Positions 41,247-50,151 of a stretch of 64,000 nt of DNA are shown here, one piece after another. Position numbers and translations under genes: made by a program. Numbering within the stretch: the stretch's first letter is position 1; the number at the start of each line of letters is the position of its first letter. The DNA comes from a virus, in the IMG/VR virus record IMGVR_UViG_3300037419_002082, positions 1 through 64,000 of that record, one strand, 5' to 3'. The notes beneath the pieces are model-generated. The model made no database searches. It was not told the origin of the DNA and saw nothing but the letters and a program-made list of their open reading frames with translations.

Positions 41247-43808
41247 TTATAGACCACATTTAAGCTGCATTCCACAGTTACTACAAGTATTACATCCTCC
41301 AGAATCAATTACTTTACCAGCTCGGCAAGCTGGGCAAGTATCTCCAACTTCACTACCATAATTAATTTCATCTTTTGTTTCTACTTCTTCTTTTTTTGAT
41401 TCCAATAGAACATTTGTTTCCTCTACTTTATTTTCTTCGTTTGTTAATGAAAGAACTTGAGAATCGCGAGAGCCATCTACATAAACTGTACCACCTTTAG
41501 CTCCGCCTTTATGAAGTCTTTCATAAACTTTTTGTACTTGTTCAACAGTATAACCTTTAGGAGCATTAACTGTTTTGCTTATAGAAGAATCAATCCAGCG
41601 CTGAATAATACACTGTACATCAGCATGAGCCTCAGGGGATAATTCCATAGAAGAAATAAACCAAGGCGGTAATGGGACTCCTTCTGATGCATCTGGATTT
41701 TCTTTATAGTAGTTATCAAACCATTGTTGTGCAATTGGTGCTTTAACTTCAATAAACTTTCCAAGTCTTCCGCTCCTAAAATATGAGAATGAGAAATATG
41801 GTTCTAGGCCAGTTGATACGTTAACCATAGTACCAGTAGACCCAGTAGGGGCAACAGTAAGCAAATGAGAATTTCTAATACCATGTTTTAAAACTCCTTG
41901 ACGAATATGTTCTGGCATCTTTTTCATATAACCAGAATTAATAAATGCTCTTCTTTTTTCCATTGACTGTTCTATATATCCATTCATATCAATATCTAAT
42001 TTATAGCCATTTGTTAAGAATGGAAATGAGCCTTTCTCTTTTGCTAATTCAATAGATGCTTCATAAGCAGCAATAGCAATAGTTTCAAATACTTTATCTA
42101 CAACTTTATTTCCTTCTTCTGTGCCATAAACTAATTCGCATTGGATAAGTAAATCATGTAATCCCATAACACCTAATCCAATACGTCTTTCTCCAAGAGC
42201 TTGGATTTTATTCTCTTCCAAGAAGTAAGGAGTAGCAGATATAACATTATCTTGCATTCTAATTCCAACCTTAACTGTTTCAATTAATTTATCATAATCC
42301 ACAACATTTCCATAAACAGTTGGTGCTGTCATTTCAGCAAGGTTTACTGCAGCAAGATTACAAACTGAGAATGGGGCTAAAGGTTGTTCTCCACATGGAT
42401 TAGTACAAACTACTTGTTGACCATATGCTTTTGCATTAGTCATATCATTAGCATTATCTATAAAGAAGATTCCTGGTTCTGCTGAGTAAGTAGCGGCAAT
42501 GTTAATAAGATTCCAGAGTTCTTTTGCTTTAATTTTTCTATAAGTTCTAATCTTATAACCCAATCTTTCCCATTCACGTACATCTCCAATGGTATGCCAC
42601 TTTTCATTATATTCTGCCATCTCCGCTTCATTATAGGAATCCGTATGAGGGAATCTTAATTCGTATTCTAAATCATTTTCTACAGCATGCATAAATTCAT
42701 GAGTTAATGCAACTGAGATATTGGCACCAGTTAAAAATTCTGGGTTATGAACAGAATAAGTTCCACCATCATTTAATTTTTGTTTAGATAATTCATAGCC
42801 TTTAGTTTGGTCAATAGTTGGTTTTTCATTTCTATTATATGCAATAATAGCTTCTTGATAAATAAGCTCTTCTGGTTTTGTTAAAGGTGTAAATTTTAAT
42901 TTAGATTTTGCTAGTTGCTTAATTTGTTCATCGTTTGTATTTTCAATAATAAAACGTAATACTCGAGGATTTTGCATTTTAGAAATAATAAATTCTAATA
43001 CATCTGGATGCCAATCGGCTAACATAATCATTTGAGCACCACGGCGACTTCCACCTTGCTCTACAAGATTAGTTAAATTAGCAATATCATTTAACCAAGA
43101 TACAGAACCTGATGATTTACCATTAACACCTCTAGCTAAAGTGTTACGAGGACGTAAAGTAGAACCATTTGTTCCTACACCACCACCACGAGACATAATC
43201 TCTTGTACAATCTTACGATGGTCAGCAATACCTTCACGACTATCTTTTGGATAAGGCATAACATAACAGTTAAAGTATGTTACATCAGTACCTGCTCCTG
43301 CTCCATATAATACACGACCTGCTGGAACAAAATTTTCACTTACTAATTCATGATAGAATTTAGAAAACCATTCTGCTTTTTTAGATGGCGTTTCTTCTAC
43401 ATCAGATAAACCTTTAGCATTTCTCATAGCAATTTGCTCATAGAATAATTCTAATGGCTTTTCAATAGCATCTAAGTCGCGAACTACAATACCAGTTTCT
43501 GCTTCTTTACCTTCTAAAGGTGCACGAAATTCTTCTTCAACTTCAATAGTAATTTTTCTACCATTAATATCTTTTACCCAACCTAAGCCTTGAGCAGGGA
43601 ATTTTGGGTCAGACTTTACTTGAAGAACTACAAAGTCTCCAACTTTTAAAGTAACTTTTGCAATATCTTTAAATGTATAGCGGTCTAGCATTACAAGACG
43701 TGAAACTCCTTCACGTTCAATTTTCATATCTTCTGTGATAGGAAATACATTGGGGAAGAGTTTAATATCTCGGTTTAATGATTCAATATAATTAGATGAA
43801 AAAGTCAT
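41247..43808 (-). CDS. nrdJ: Class II (adenosylcobalamin-dependent) ribonucleotide reductase
   Basis: 'NCYV', 'QGGSRRGA', 'TNPCGEQ', 'VAPTG', C-terminal CxxC pairs; no beta-subunit gene nearby. Confidence 0.88.
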   Translation of the reverse strand: MTFSSNYIESLNRDIKLFPNVFPITEDMKIEREGVSRLVMLDRYTFKDIAKVTLKVGDFVVLQVKSDPKFPAQGLGWVKDINGRKITIEVEEEFRAPLEGKEAETGIVVRDLDAIEKPLELFYEQIAMRNAKGLSDVEETPSKKAEWFSKFYHELVSENFVPAGRVLYGAGAGTDVTYFNCYVMPYPKDSREGIADHRKIVQEIMSRGGGVGTNGSTLRPRNTLARGVNGKSSGSVSWLNDIANLTNLVEQGGSRRGAQMIMLADWHPDVLEFIISKMQNPRVLRFIIENTNDEQIKQLAKSKLKFTPLTKPEELIYQEAIIAYNRNEKPTIDQTKGYELSKQKLNDGGTYSVHNPEFLTGANISVALTHEFMHAVENDLEYELRFPHTDSYNEAEMAEYNEKWHTIGDVREWERLGYKIRTYRKIKAKELWNLINIAATYSAEPGIFFIDNANDMTNAKAYGQQVVCTNPCGEQPLAPFSVCNLAAVNLAEMTAPTVYGNVVDYDKLIETVKVGIRMQDNVISATPYFLEENKIQALGERRIGLGVMGLHDLLIQCELVYGTEEGNKVVDKVFETIAIAAYEASIELAKEKGSFPFLTNGYKLDIDMNGYIEQSMEKRRAFINSGYMKKMPEHIRQGVLKHGIRNSHLLTVAPTGSTGTMVNVSTGLEPYFSFSYFRSGRLGKFIEVKAPIAQQWFDNYYKENPDASEGVPLPPWFISSMELSPEAHADVQCIIQRWIDSSISKTVNAPKGYTVEQVQKVYERLHKGGAKGGTVYVDGSRDSQVLSLTNEENKVEETNVLLESKKEEVETKDEINYGSEVGDTCPACRAGKVIDSGGCNTCSNCGMQLKCGL

Positions 43809-43829
43809 AGTTTGCCTCCTAAGATAAAA

Positions 43830-43861
43830 CTAGCCCTCATAGGTTTTTCCTATGAAGGCTA
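43830..43861. terminator. Hairpin/terminator between the RNA cluster and nrdJ
   Basis: TAGCC.TCATAGG...CCTATGAAGGCTA; U-tail on the minus strand. Confidence 0.55.
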
Positions 43862-43872
43862 TTAATAAAATA

Positions 43873-43946
43873 TTGGACTGACAGGACTCGAACCTGCAAC
43901 CTCAACATCCCAAATGTTGCCGTCTGCCAAATTGACTTACAGCCCA
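43873..43946 (-). tRNA. tRNA-Pro(TGG), CCA not encoded
   Basis: Cloverleaf: acceptor TGGGCTG/CAGTCCA, anticodon arm CAACA-TTTGGGA-TGTTG, T-arm GCAGG-TTCGAGT-CCTGT. Confidence 0.92.
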
Positions 43947-43950
43947 AGGA

Positions 43951-44071
43951 TTACCAGTTGTGACCAGCAACTGGTAAAAGGGAAAGCACAATGATAACCA
44001 GGTATGCAATACATAATAGGCGGCCCGTCGGCCGTAATGTGTCACCTACTGTTTCCGCAGTAGGCAACTGG
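43951..44071 (-). ncRNA. Unclassified structured RNA (multi-hairpin)
   Basis: Hairpins CCTACTG/CAGTAGG, CGGCC/GGCCG and TTACCAGTTG/CAACTGGTAA in a GC-rich island. Confidence 0.5.
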
Positions 44072-44090
44072 AAATACTAAACTAAGTATA

Positions 44091-44192
44091 TCATAAATAT
44101 TTGGAATCGAACCAAACCACTTAAAATGCTAACCCTATACGTTAGCTGTTTCGGTCTCAATGGAATTCTAAGCTCACCCAGGGTATTTATGA
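44091..44192 (-). ncRNA. tRNA-like RNA B (acceptor stem plus T-arm, no D-stem, enlarged anticodon-position domain)
   Basis: TCATAAATA/TATTTATGA stem; TTTGG-TTCGATT-CCAAA T-arm. Confidence 0.65.
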
Positions 44193-44344
44193 GCTCTCAG
44201 CAGGAATTGAACCTACCTTACACTATGCAAAAAGGGTTTACATTATTCGGTCAACATTCGATACTAGTCTTATTGGCGTTGCTAGATTTATACGAAGTTA
44301 CTTTTCATCACCTTACTTGCAATAGGCATCACCGGATTAAGAGC
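44193..44344 (-). ncRNA. tRNA-like RNA A (acceptor stem plus T-arm, no D-stem, ~110-nt insert)
   Basis: GCTCTTA/TGAGAGC stem; GTAGG-TTCAATT-CCTGC T-arm. Confidence 0.65.
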
Positions 44345-44454
44345 AAGATAGAAAATTAGATGGCTATGTATTTAAATATCATAACCACCTAATCAGAAAG
44401 GAGATTAATATAATGATATCATATTTTTTAGAACATATTCATATGAGTTTCACC

Positions 44455-45528
44455 TTATTTAATCTTAGTTCTGTATTCATAGCGTTTAAGCCATTCTTCA
44501 ATCGGCAATCTTTCTTCATAAAGTGAAAGCATATTTCTTTTCGATAAATCTGCGGGATCGTAACCATCTTCTATTTCTATGGCAGTAATTTTATATTCTG
44601 GATAGCAAAGATTTACAATTGATTTTGCCAGCTTATAACCAGCTTTATCACCATCTACAAAAAGAATTAATTCATCGTCTATGAGGGAATCAATAAGCTC
44701 TTTCTGTTCATTGGATAAGGTAGACCCATAAACACATGTTACATGTTTTAAACCTGCTTCGTAAATAGCCATTTGGTCTTTTTTACCTTCACAAAGAATA
44801 AGCTTATTTTCTTTTTGTATTTCTTCTCCAACAATATCTAATCTGCCAAGAAGTTTATTTTTGAGTAATCCTGCTCTTTTCTTCCATTTCTCTTTTGCTT
44901 TATTAGTAACATCTCTACCATCAAAGCCTAATAATTCACCTTCAGGAGAACGTTGAGGGAGGAGCCATCTTTTTTCTTTACTATCATATCCGGACTCAAA
45001 TAATTCTAATGTAGAGTCTTTGAAACCTTGAGAGTCAATGAAACCAAGTTCATCTTTCTTATTCAGGAAATTTTGTAGTACTTCCTGAGTGAGTGGATTG
45101 ACCCCATAGTAGAACTCAGTATTATTCTCGATAGATTCATCTACTGAAATTTCAGTCAAAATATGGTCAATTTTTATCTTGAGTTCTTCAAGTAAAAACT
45201 CTCCATTATCTTCTAGTAGGTTTATATCTATTTCACATGCATCACATATAAATTCTACAGCATTTGTGTAAGATAGATTTTGAGCATGTTCTACAAGATT
45301 AATAATATCGCCGTCTTTTTTTCTATCATCGCATTCCCCATAGCATGTGTAAGCCATTTTAGTTGGGCTTAATACAAAAGCTGTAATGCCTTTAGAATGA
45401 TGAATAGGACATGAACTTCTAAAACCATTTGAATCTTTTGAAATACCTTGAGCTCCTAGAGATTCTAGGAGCATTTGTATTTTATCTTCTGTCATTAATT
45501 TTTTAAGTGCTACTGGTGAGTAACTCAT
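44455..45528 (-). CDS. dnaG: DNA primase (CHC2 zinc finger plus TOPRIM)
   Basis: 'CPIH...C..EC', 'GFDGR', 'CEGKKD', 'DGDKAG', 'DPAD'. Confidence 0.9.
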   Translation of the reverse strand: MSYSPVALKKLMTEDKIQMLLESLGAQGISKDSNGFRSSCPIHHSKGITAFVLSPTKMAYTCYGECDDRKKDGDIINLVEHAQNLSYTNAVEFICDACEIDINLLEDNGEFLLEELKIKIDHILTEISVDESIENNTEFYYGVNPLTQEVLQNFLNKKDELGFIDSQGFKDSTLELFESGYDSKEKRWLLPQRSPEGELLGFDGRDVTNKAKEKWKKRAGLLKNKLLGRLDIVGEEIQKENKLILCEGKKDQMAIYEAGLKHVTCVYGSTLSNEQKELIDSLIDDELILFVDGDKAGYKLAKSIVNLCYPEYKITAIEIEDGYDPADLSKRNMLSLYEERLPIEEWLKRYEYRTKIK

Positions 45529-46916
45529 GCAGTTCCACCACCACCAATATAATCGCGTGGCTTATCCATAACTACCATAGGGTCTACATTTCCAATAGTA
45601 GCTTTAGCACCATTGAAATGAAATAATGCTTTTCTTAATTCACCTTCACGAATCTTTAAAGCACCAATTTCCATATGGTTTGGTAATTCAGATTGCGAGC
45701 CATAATAAAATTCATCACGATATACATAAAAAATATTATGAGCATCTTGTTCTGCTTTACCAGTAGAGCGAATATCTTTCATAGTTGGTCGCTTATCATC
45801 TCTTTGTTCACAACCGCGATTAGCCTGTGATAAAGCAATCATAGCAACTTCATGATTCTTTGCCATCATACGAAGTTCTTCGGATATTTGACCAAATTCA
45901 AATTCTTCTGTAGGAATATTTCCTTTTCTAGTACGAATTAATTGGAAATAATCTTCAAGTACTAATTGAATACCATATTTAGATTTTAAATAACTTAGTA
46001 CAGAATCAATTTGACCAATATTTAATTTAGCAGAATCAATAACAAATAATGGCCATGATTCTACTAGCTTTATGGCTTCATCTAATTGTTGCCATTCTGA
46101 TTCTTCTAATTCTCCAGGTCGTTTTAATTTCTTCATTGGTATGCCAGTAACACGAGATAATAAACGCCTATAAACATCTGGAGTAGACATTTCGTGAGAA
46201 AAGAATGCAGTAGGTATTCCATATTTTTCTGCAGCATTTTGAGCTAGATTCAATGCAGTACCTGTTTTATAATTAGATGGTCTACCAACAATATAAGTTA
46301 ATGTACCTAAGGCAATTTGATCTTGAGTCATTTTATCAAAATCACGTAGTCCAAATTGAATACCAAATTCAATGCCATTTTCTAATTGATATTGCATTGA
46401 TTCTTTTAATTCTTTAAATCCAGTATGAATAGAAACTTCGACAATTAAGCCATCATTTATTTCTACTTCATTTAATCCTTTTTGGAATCCAGAGATAAAA
46501 TCCCTTGCCGGTACATCAATATTATCTAAACCATTTTTTAAAACCTGAATTACTTTTCTCTTAGTATACAAATCTCTCAATTTAAAAATATTTCTTCTTG
46601 TCATATCTATAAATTGAGCGTCATTTACCACTTCACGTTCAATCATTTTTTTATAACGATTGAGTTTTAATTGAGTTTGCGTAATATCTTTTTCATCTGT
46701 TAATTCAAGTTTATCAATAATGTAATGAGATGAAGGAATAAAATCCATGTTGTATCGACTTTCTTCTAATATTATATTGAGAATATCGAGATTATTTTGG
46801 TTAACACACTCAACAGCAGTAAAGTTTTCTTCAATTGCTACATTAAGAGCATCTCTAGACAACATGAAAAGACCAATGAGTTCTCTTTCTCGTTGGACAT
46901 TAGATATTTTACCCAT
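45525..46916 (-). CDS. dnaB: Replicative DNA helicase
   Basis: 'GRPSNYKT', 'SHEM', 'DYFQL', 'LSQANR', 'DIRSTGKAEQDA'. Confidence 0.92.
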   Translation of the reverse strand: MGKISNVQRERELIGLFMLSRDALNVAIEENFTAVECVNQNNLDILNIILEESRYNMDFIPSSHYIIDKLELTDEKDITQTQLKLNRYKKMIEREVVNDAQFIDMTRRNIFKLRDLYTKRKVIQVLKNGLDNIDVPARDFISGFQKGLNEVEINDGLIVEVSIHTGFKELKESMQYQLENGIEFGIQFGLRDFDKMTQDQIALGTLTYIVGRPSNYKTGTALNLAQNAAEKYGIPTAFFSHEMSTPDVYRRLLSRVTGIPMKKLKRPGELEESEWQQLDEAIKLVESWPLFVIDSAKLNIGQIDSVLSYLKSKYGIQLVLEDYFQLIRTRKGNIPTEEFEFGQISEELRMMAKNHEVAMIALSQANRGCEQRDDKRPTMKDIRSTGKAEQDAHNIFYVYRDEFYYGSQSELPNHMEIGALKIREGELRKALFHFNGAKATIGNVDPMVVMDKPRDYIGGGGTA

Positions 46917-47743
46917 TAGTTACCACCCTTCATGAATTTATTTTTATTTGTATAATTTGGAAGTTTACCAAGCTTAGGGCGATAATCTTCTAAAGAAACT
47001 ATTGTAGTAATTAAAGAACGTTCTTGGAATAAAGAAACAATACGTTGTGCATACTTTTCATTAAGCATTTCTAAATTAGAATTAGTAGTAATAATCAAAG
47101 GTAGTTTTTTATAATAGCGATGTCTCATTAATCCATCTAATTCTGTTACAGCCCAATCAGAACCATCTTTTCGATATTCTGTACCTAAATCATCTAGTAC
47201 AAGAAATTGGCAATTATAGATATGATTTTTTAATTTAACAAAGTCTTCATCATTCCAAGACTTTTTAATCATATCAAATAAATCTTTAATAGTAGTGAAA
47301 TATCCGGAATAGCCTTTATCTACAAGATGCATTAATATCTTCATAGCAGATAAAGATTTACCTCTTCCAACTGGACCATTGAAGATAATACCGCGGCCAT
47401 CTTCAAAATAATGCTGAGCATTATCAATATAATCTTCAATAAATGGATTAAGGAGAATAGGCATTTTACCATGTTTCTTTGGGTCAGATTCGCTTACATA
47501 ATCATCGTCTTTTAGATAAGCAGTAATTTCTTCTTCATATAATGGAAGAGATGCAAAATCAGTATCAACATTTGCATTCCTATGTTTACGTGTTTTAATT
47601 TCTTTTAACATGCATTCACATAATCTTCCATCTTCTAAATAACCTGCATCACATTTTTGACAACCATTATATTGATTATCTTCTGTTGGTTTTAATTCAC
47701 CTTCTTTTAATATGTGTTTAAGTTCTGGCTTGTATTCTTCCAT
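46916..47743 (-). CDS. DnaC/IstB-like helicase loader ATPase
   Basis: N-terminal CxxC...CxC; 'GPVGRGKS'; 'LVLDDLGTE'; 'IITTN'. Confidence 0.88.
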   Translation of the reverse strand: MEEYKPELKHILKEGELKPTEDNQYNGCQKCDAGYLEDGRLCECMLKEIKTRKHRNANVDTDFASLPLYEEEITAYLKDDDYVSESDPKKHGKMPILLNPFIEDYIDNAQHYFEDGRGIIFNGPVGRGKSLSAMKILMHLVDKGYSGYFTTIKDLFDMIKKSWNDEDFVKLKNHIYNCQFLVLDDLGTEYRKDGSDWAVTELDGLMRHRYYKKLPLIITTNSNLEMLNEKYAQRIVSLFQERSLITTIVSLEDYRPKLGKLPNYTNKNKFMKGGN

Positions 47744-47824
47744 ATTTTCACCCCAATAAAAAAGATAGAGAAGCTGAATCTCTATCAATTATATTTTACA
47801 TGTAATTACGATTTATAAAAGGTT

Positions 47825-48556
47825 TCACATCCAATCATCAATGTTAGTGGAATTTTGTATTGAATTTTTATAATGCGAATTTTCTTTTTTTACTTCTTTC
47901 TTCTTATTTTTATTTCTCATATCTTCCTTATACCAGTAATTATAAAATTGAGTCCAAACTGGGAATTTACACATAGGTGATATTTCTATGCATTTTTTTA
48001 CATCATCGTATGTCATACCATGATTAGCCATATAATTAGCTATAGTATCTGTAGCTTTAATTTTAAAAGACATACCTCTATTATACTGAGGATTATATAA
48101 AAAATACATTTTGGATAAGTCTTGTATATCTAATTGTAAATCAATAAATTCTTTTACATTAGCTGGCTTTAAACTACATGGCATATAATAATCATTCTTA
48201 TTTGCATCTACTTTAGAATAATCTATTTTATCTGCCCTATTAGTATTATATCCTTCTATTATAGTATTAAACTTATCTATATAGTAATTTTCTCTATGAT
48301 GCATATAATTACTTACTAATTTTTTATTTTCTATTCTATCAGTATTAATAATTTCTAATACTTTAAATTCAAAATTATTTAATCCATATTCTTCATAATC
48401 TTTTTGTAATCTTTTATTATGTTTATTTCTTATTAATTCTTTATAATGGCCATATATTCTATTAGGTAATAATAAAGTTTGACCTACATATTTTTTATTA
48501 TTAATAATATTTTCTATTAAATAAATACTTTCTTTAATATCAAAATAACTTTTCAT
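47825..48556 (-). CDS. GIY-YIG nuclease-domain protein with uncharacterised C-terminal domain
   Basis: 'SIYLIEN..N.KKYVGQT...RI..H...L', 'RE.YYI', 'GYN'. Confidence 0.75.
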   Translation of the reverse strand: MKSYFDIKESIYLIENIINNKKYVGQTLLLPNRIYGHYKELIRNKHNKRLQKDYEEYGLNNFEFKVLEIINTDRIENKKLVSNYMHHRENYYIDKFNTIIEGYNTNRADKIDYSKVDANKNDYYMPCSLKPANVKEFIDLQLDIQDLSKMYFLYNPQYNRGMSFKIKATDTIANYMANHGMTYDDVKKCIEISPMCKFPVWTQFYNYWYKEDMRNKNKKKEVKKENSHYKNSIQNSTNIDDWM

Positions 48557-48811
48557 TAATTAAATCTCTCCTTTTTAAAATATTAGTTCTATAATATAAA
48601 TATTAATCTTTTTAATTTTCTCTGCGAGGCCAAAAACTCTTTCTAAAACCATTATATCAACATAAAAAATACAGAAAATAAAGGTTTCAAACTTTTTTTT
48701 ACAATTTAAATCCTTATTACAAAATATTACATTTTTATAAACTTTGTTTAAAAAAATATTTCATTTTTATTAAAATGGTCTTATAATAAGAATATGAATC
48801 GAAAAAAGAAA

Positions 48812-48826
48812 AATTTTCAGAAAATA
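48812..48826. promoter_or_regulatory. CodY box (1 mismatch)
   Basis: AATTTTCAGAAAATA in the divergent intergenic region. Confidence 0.5.
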
Positions 48827-48981
48827 GAGAGAAAAAAGTCGAATACATATATTAAGTCCCCATGAGAACATCGACTAAATAGAATAATAAACGACATAGA
48901 TAATTTTATGTGAAACCTTTAATTTTAGATTAATATTTTCATATAAAATTATATTATAAAGAATATTGGGGAGGAAATTTA

Positions 48982-49449
48982 ATGTCCGAATATTGGGAGA
49001 GCTGGCAATTAAATCTTTTAGACGAATATATTCTTGGTTATTCTGCTTTTAATTCGCAATGGGAATTAGCAGAAGAGCTTGGAAAGTCTTTAAATGCTGT
49101 AAAGATAAAATTAAGCAGAAGACGCCAGTCCATTCAAGAGGAAGAAAGAGAATTGACTTTTGATGAATACAAAATGTTCTTATCCAATAGGTTTGATAAG
49201 ACTACAGAACAAATTGCATCTCTTATTAATTCTTCTACTCTTTTTTTGATGAACGAATTGGACGAGATTGATTCATTGGAATGTTGTGAATATTTTGAAG
49301 AAGGTTATAAAGATAGAGTACCTTCTATTGATGAAATTAATACTTTCATTAGATTGTATAAAAAAGGTAGAAATGCCTTTCAAATTGCCCACATCCTAAA
49401 CCGCCCCATTGAAAAAGTACAGGAGATGATTATATCATATGAAGTCTAA
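48982..49449 (+). CDS. Hypothetical multi-HTH DNA-binding protein
   Basis: 'ELAEELGKSLNAVKIKL' and 'AFQIAHILNRP'. Confidence 0.6.
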   Translation: MSEYWESWQLNLLDEYILGYSAFNSQWELAEELGKSLNAVKIKLSRRRQSIQEEERELTFDEYKMFLSNRFDKTTEQIASLINSSTLFLMNELDEIDSLECCEYFEEGYKDRVPSIDEINTFIRLYKKGRNAFQIAHILNRPIEKVQEMIISYEV

Positions 49450-49879
49450 GCATATTTTTAATACAATAAGAGTGGACAAATCTATTCCGCTCCCTTATCA
49501 AAAAAGAGATACTGATGCAGGTCATGATGTTTACGCAGCAGAAACTAAATGGATTTGGCCTTGGACTACAAGAACAGTAAAGTCTAATCATCGGATTCAT
49601 ATTACCGATGGATTATTTGGACTAATCCAATCAAGAAGTGGTATTAGGAAAAGAGGATTACTTATTGATGGAGTTATTGATGAAGGGTACCAAGGAATAT
49701 TTGGCCTTATTATATCTAACGTTAATATCTTTCCTAGAAGAATTAAAGCAGGAGAAAGAGTAGCACAGATTATCTATTTGGAACCGCATAAAGTTCAGCA
49801 CCATGAAGTTGATGAATTTTCAACAGAGACTGAACGCGGTAATGATGGCGGTCTTTGGCGGAAAGAATATAAAAAGTAG
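49439..49879 (+). CDS. dut: Trimeric dUTPase-family protein (divergent motif V)
   Basis: 'DAGHD', 'SRSG', 'GVIDEGYQG', 'RVAQ', 'TERG'. Confidence 0.82.
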   Translation: MKSKHIFNTIRVDKSIPLPYQKRDTDAGHDVYAAETKWIWPWTTRTVKSNHRIHITDGLFGLIQSRSGIRKRGLLIDGVIDEGYQGIFGLIISNVNIFPRRIKAGERVAQIIYLEPHKVQHHEVDEFSTETERGNDGGLWRKEYKK

Positions 49880-49950
49880 AAACTCTCATTTTGAGAGTTT
49901 TTTTATTTTTTATAATATAATAGAAAGAAAAATTTTCCAGAGGTGATAAC

Positions 49951-50151
49951 ATGAAATTTATTACTAAAATTAGCTTCTTTGATAATTTATACAGAGAAAT
50001 AAATAATAGTCCAGCATTATCTATTATTGTTTGGATTTTATTTATAACTTTAACTCTAACAAACTATACAGGAATTATTGATTTAATCTTTTTAACTATA
50101 GGTTTTGTATTTTTATTTTTAGATATTAAAAATTATAGGAGGAAATACTAA
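49951..50151 (+). CDS. Small membrane protein
   Basis: Two hydrophobic segments; GAGGTG RBS. Confidence 0.6.
   Translation: MKFITKISFFDNLYREINNSPALSIIVWILFITLTLTNYTGIIDLIFLTIGFVFLFLDIKNYRRKY

Noticed and set aside
43810-44090. Cobalamin riboswitch upstream of B12-dependent nrdJ
   Set aside because: No recognisable B12-box or core consensus on the minus strand, and tRNA-Pro plus a hairpin lie between the structured RNA and nrdJ.
44110-44320. Hammerhead ribozyme suggested by TGATGA/CGAAAC-like words
   Set aside because: The required CUGANGA...GAAA core with three correctly placed stems is not present.
44091-44344. tmRNA (standard or permuted) or intron-containing tRNA
   Set aside because: Each unit is too short, there is no tag ORF ending in an AA-type degron, and no group I core is visible. 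Kept as unclassified tRNA-like RNAs.
44126-44359. Plus-strand 77-aa ORF from the track
   Set aside because: No RBS, and it is antisense to the structured RNAs.
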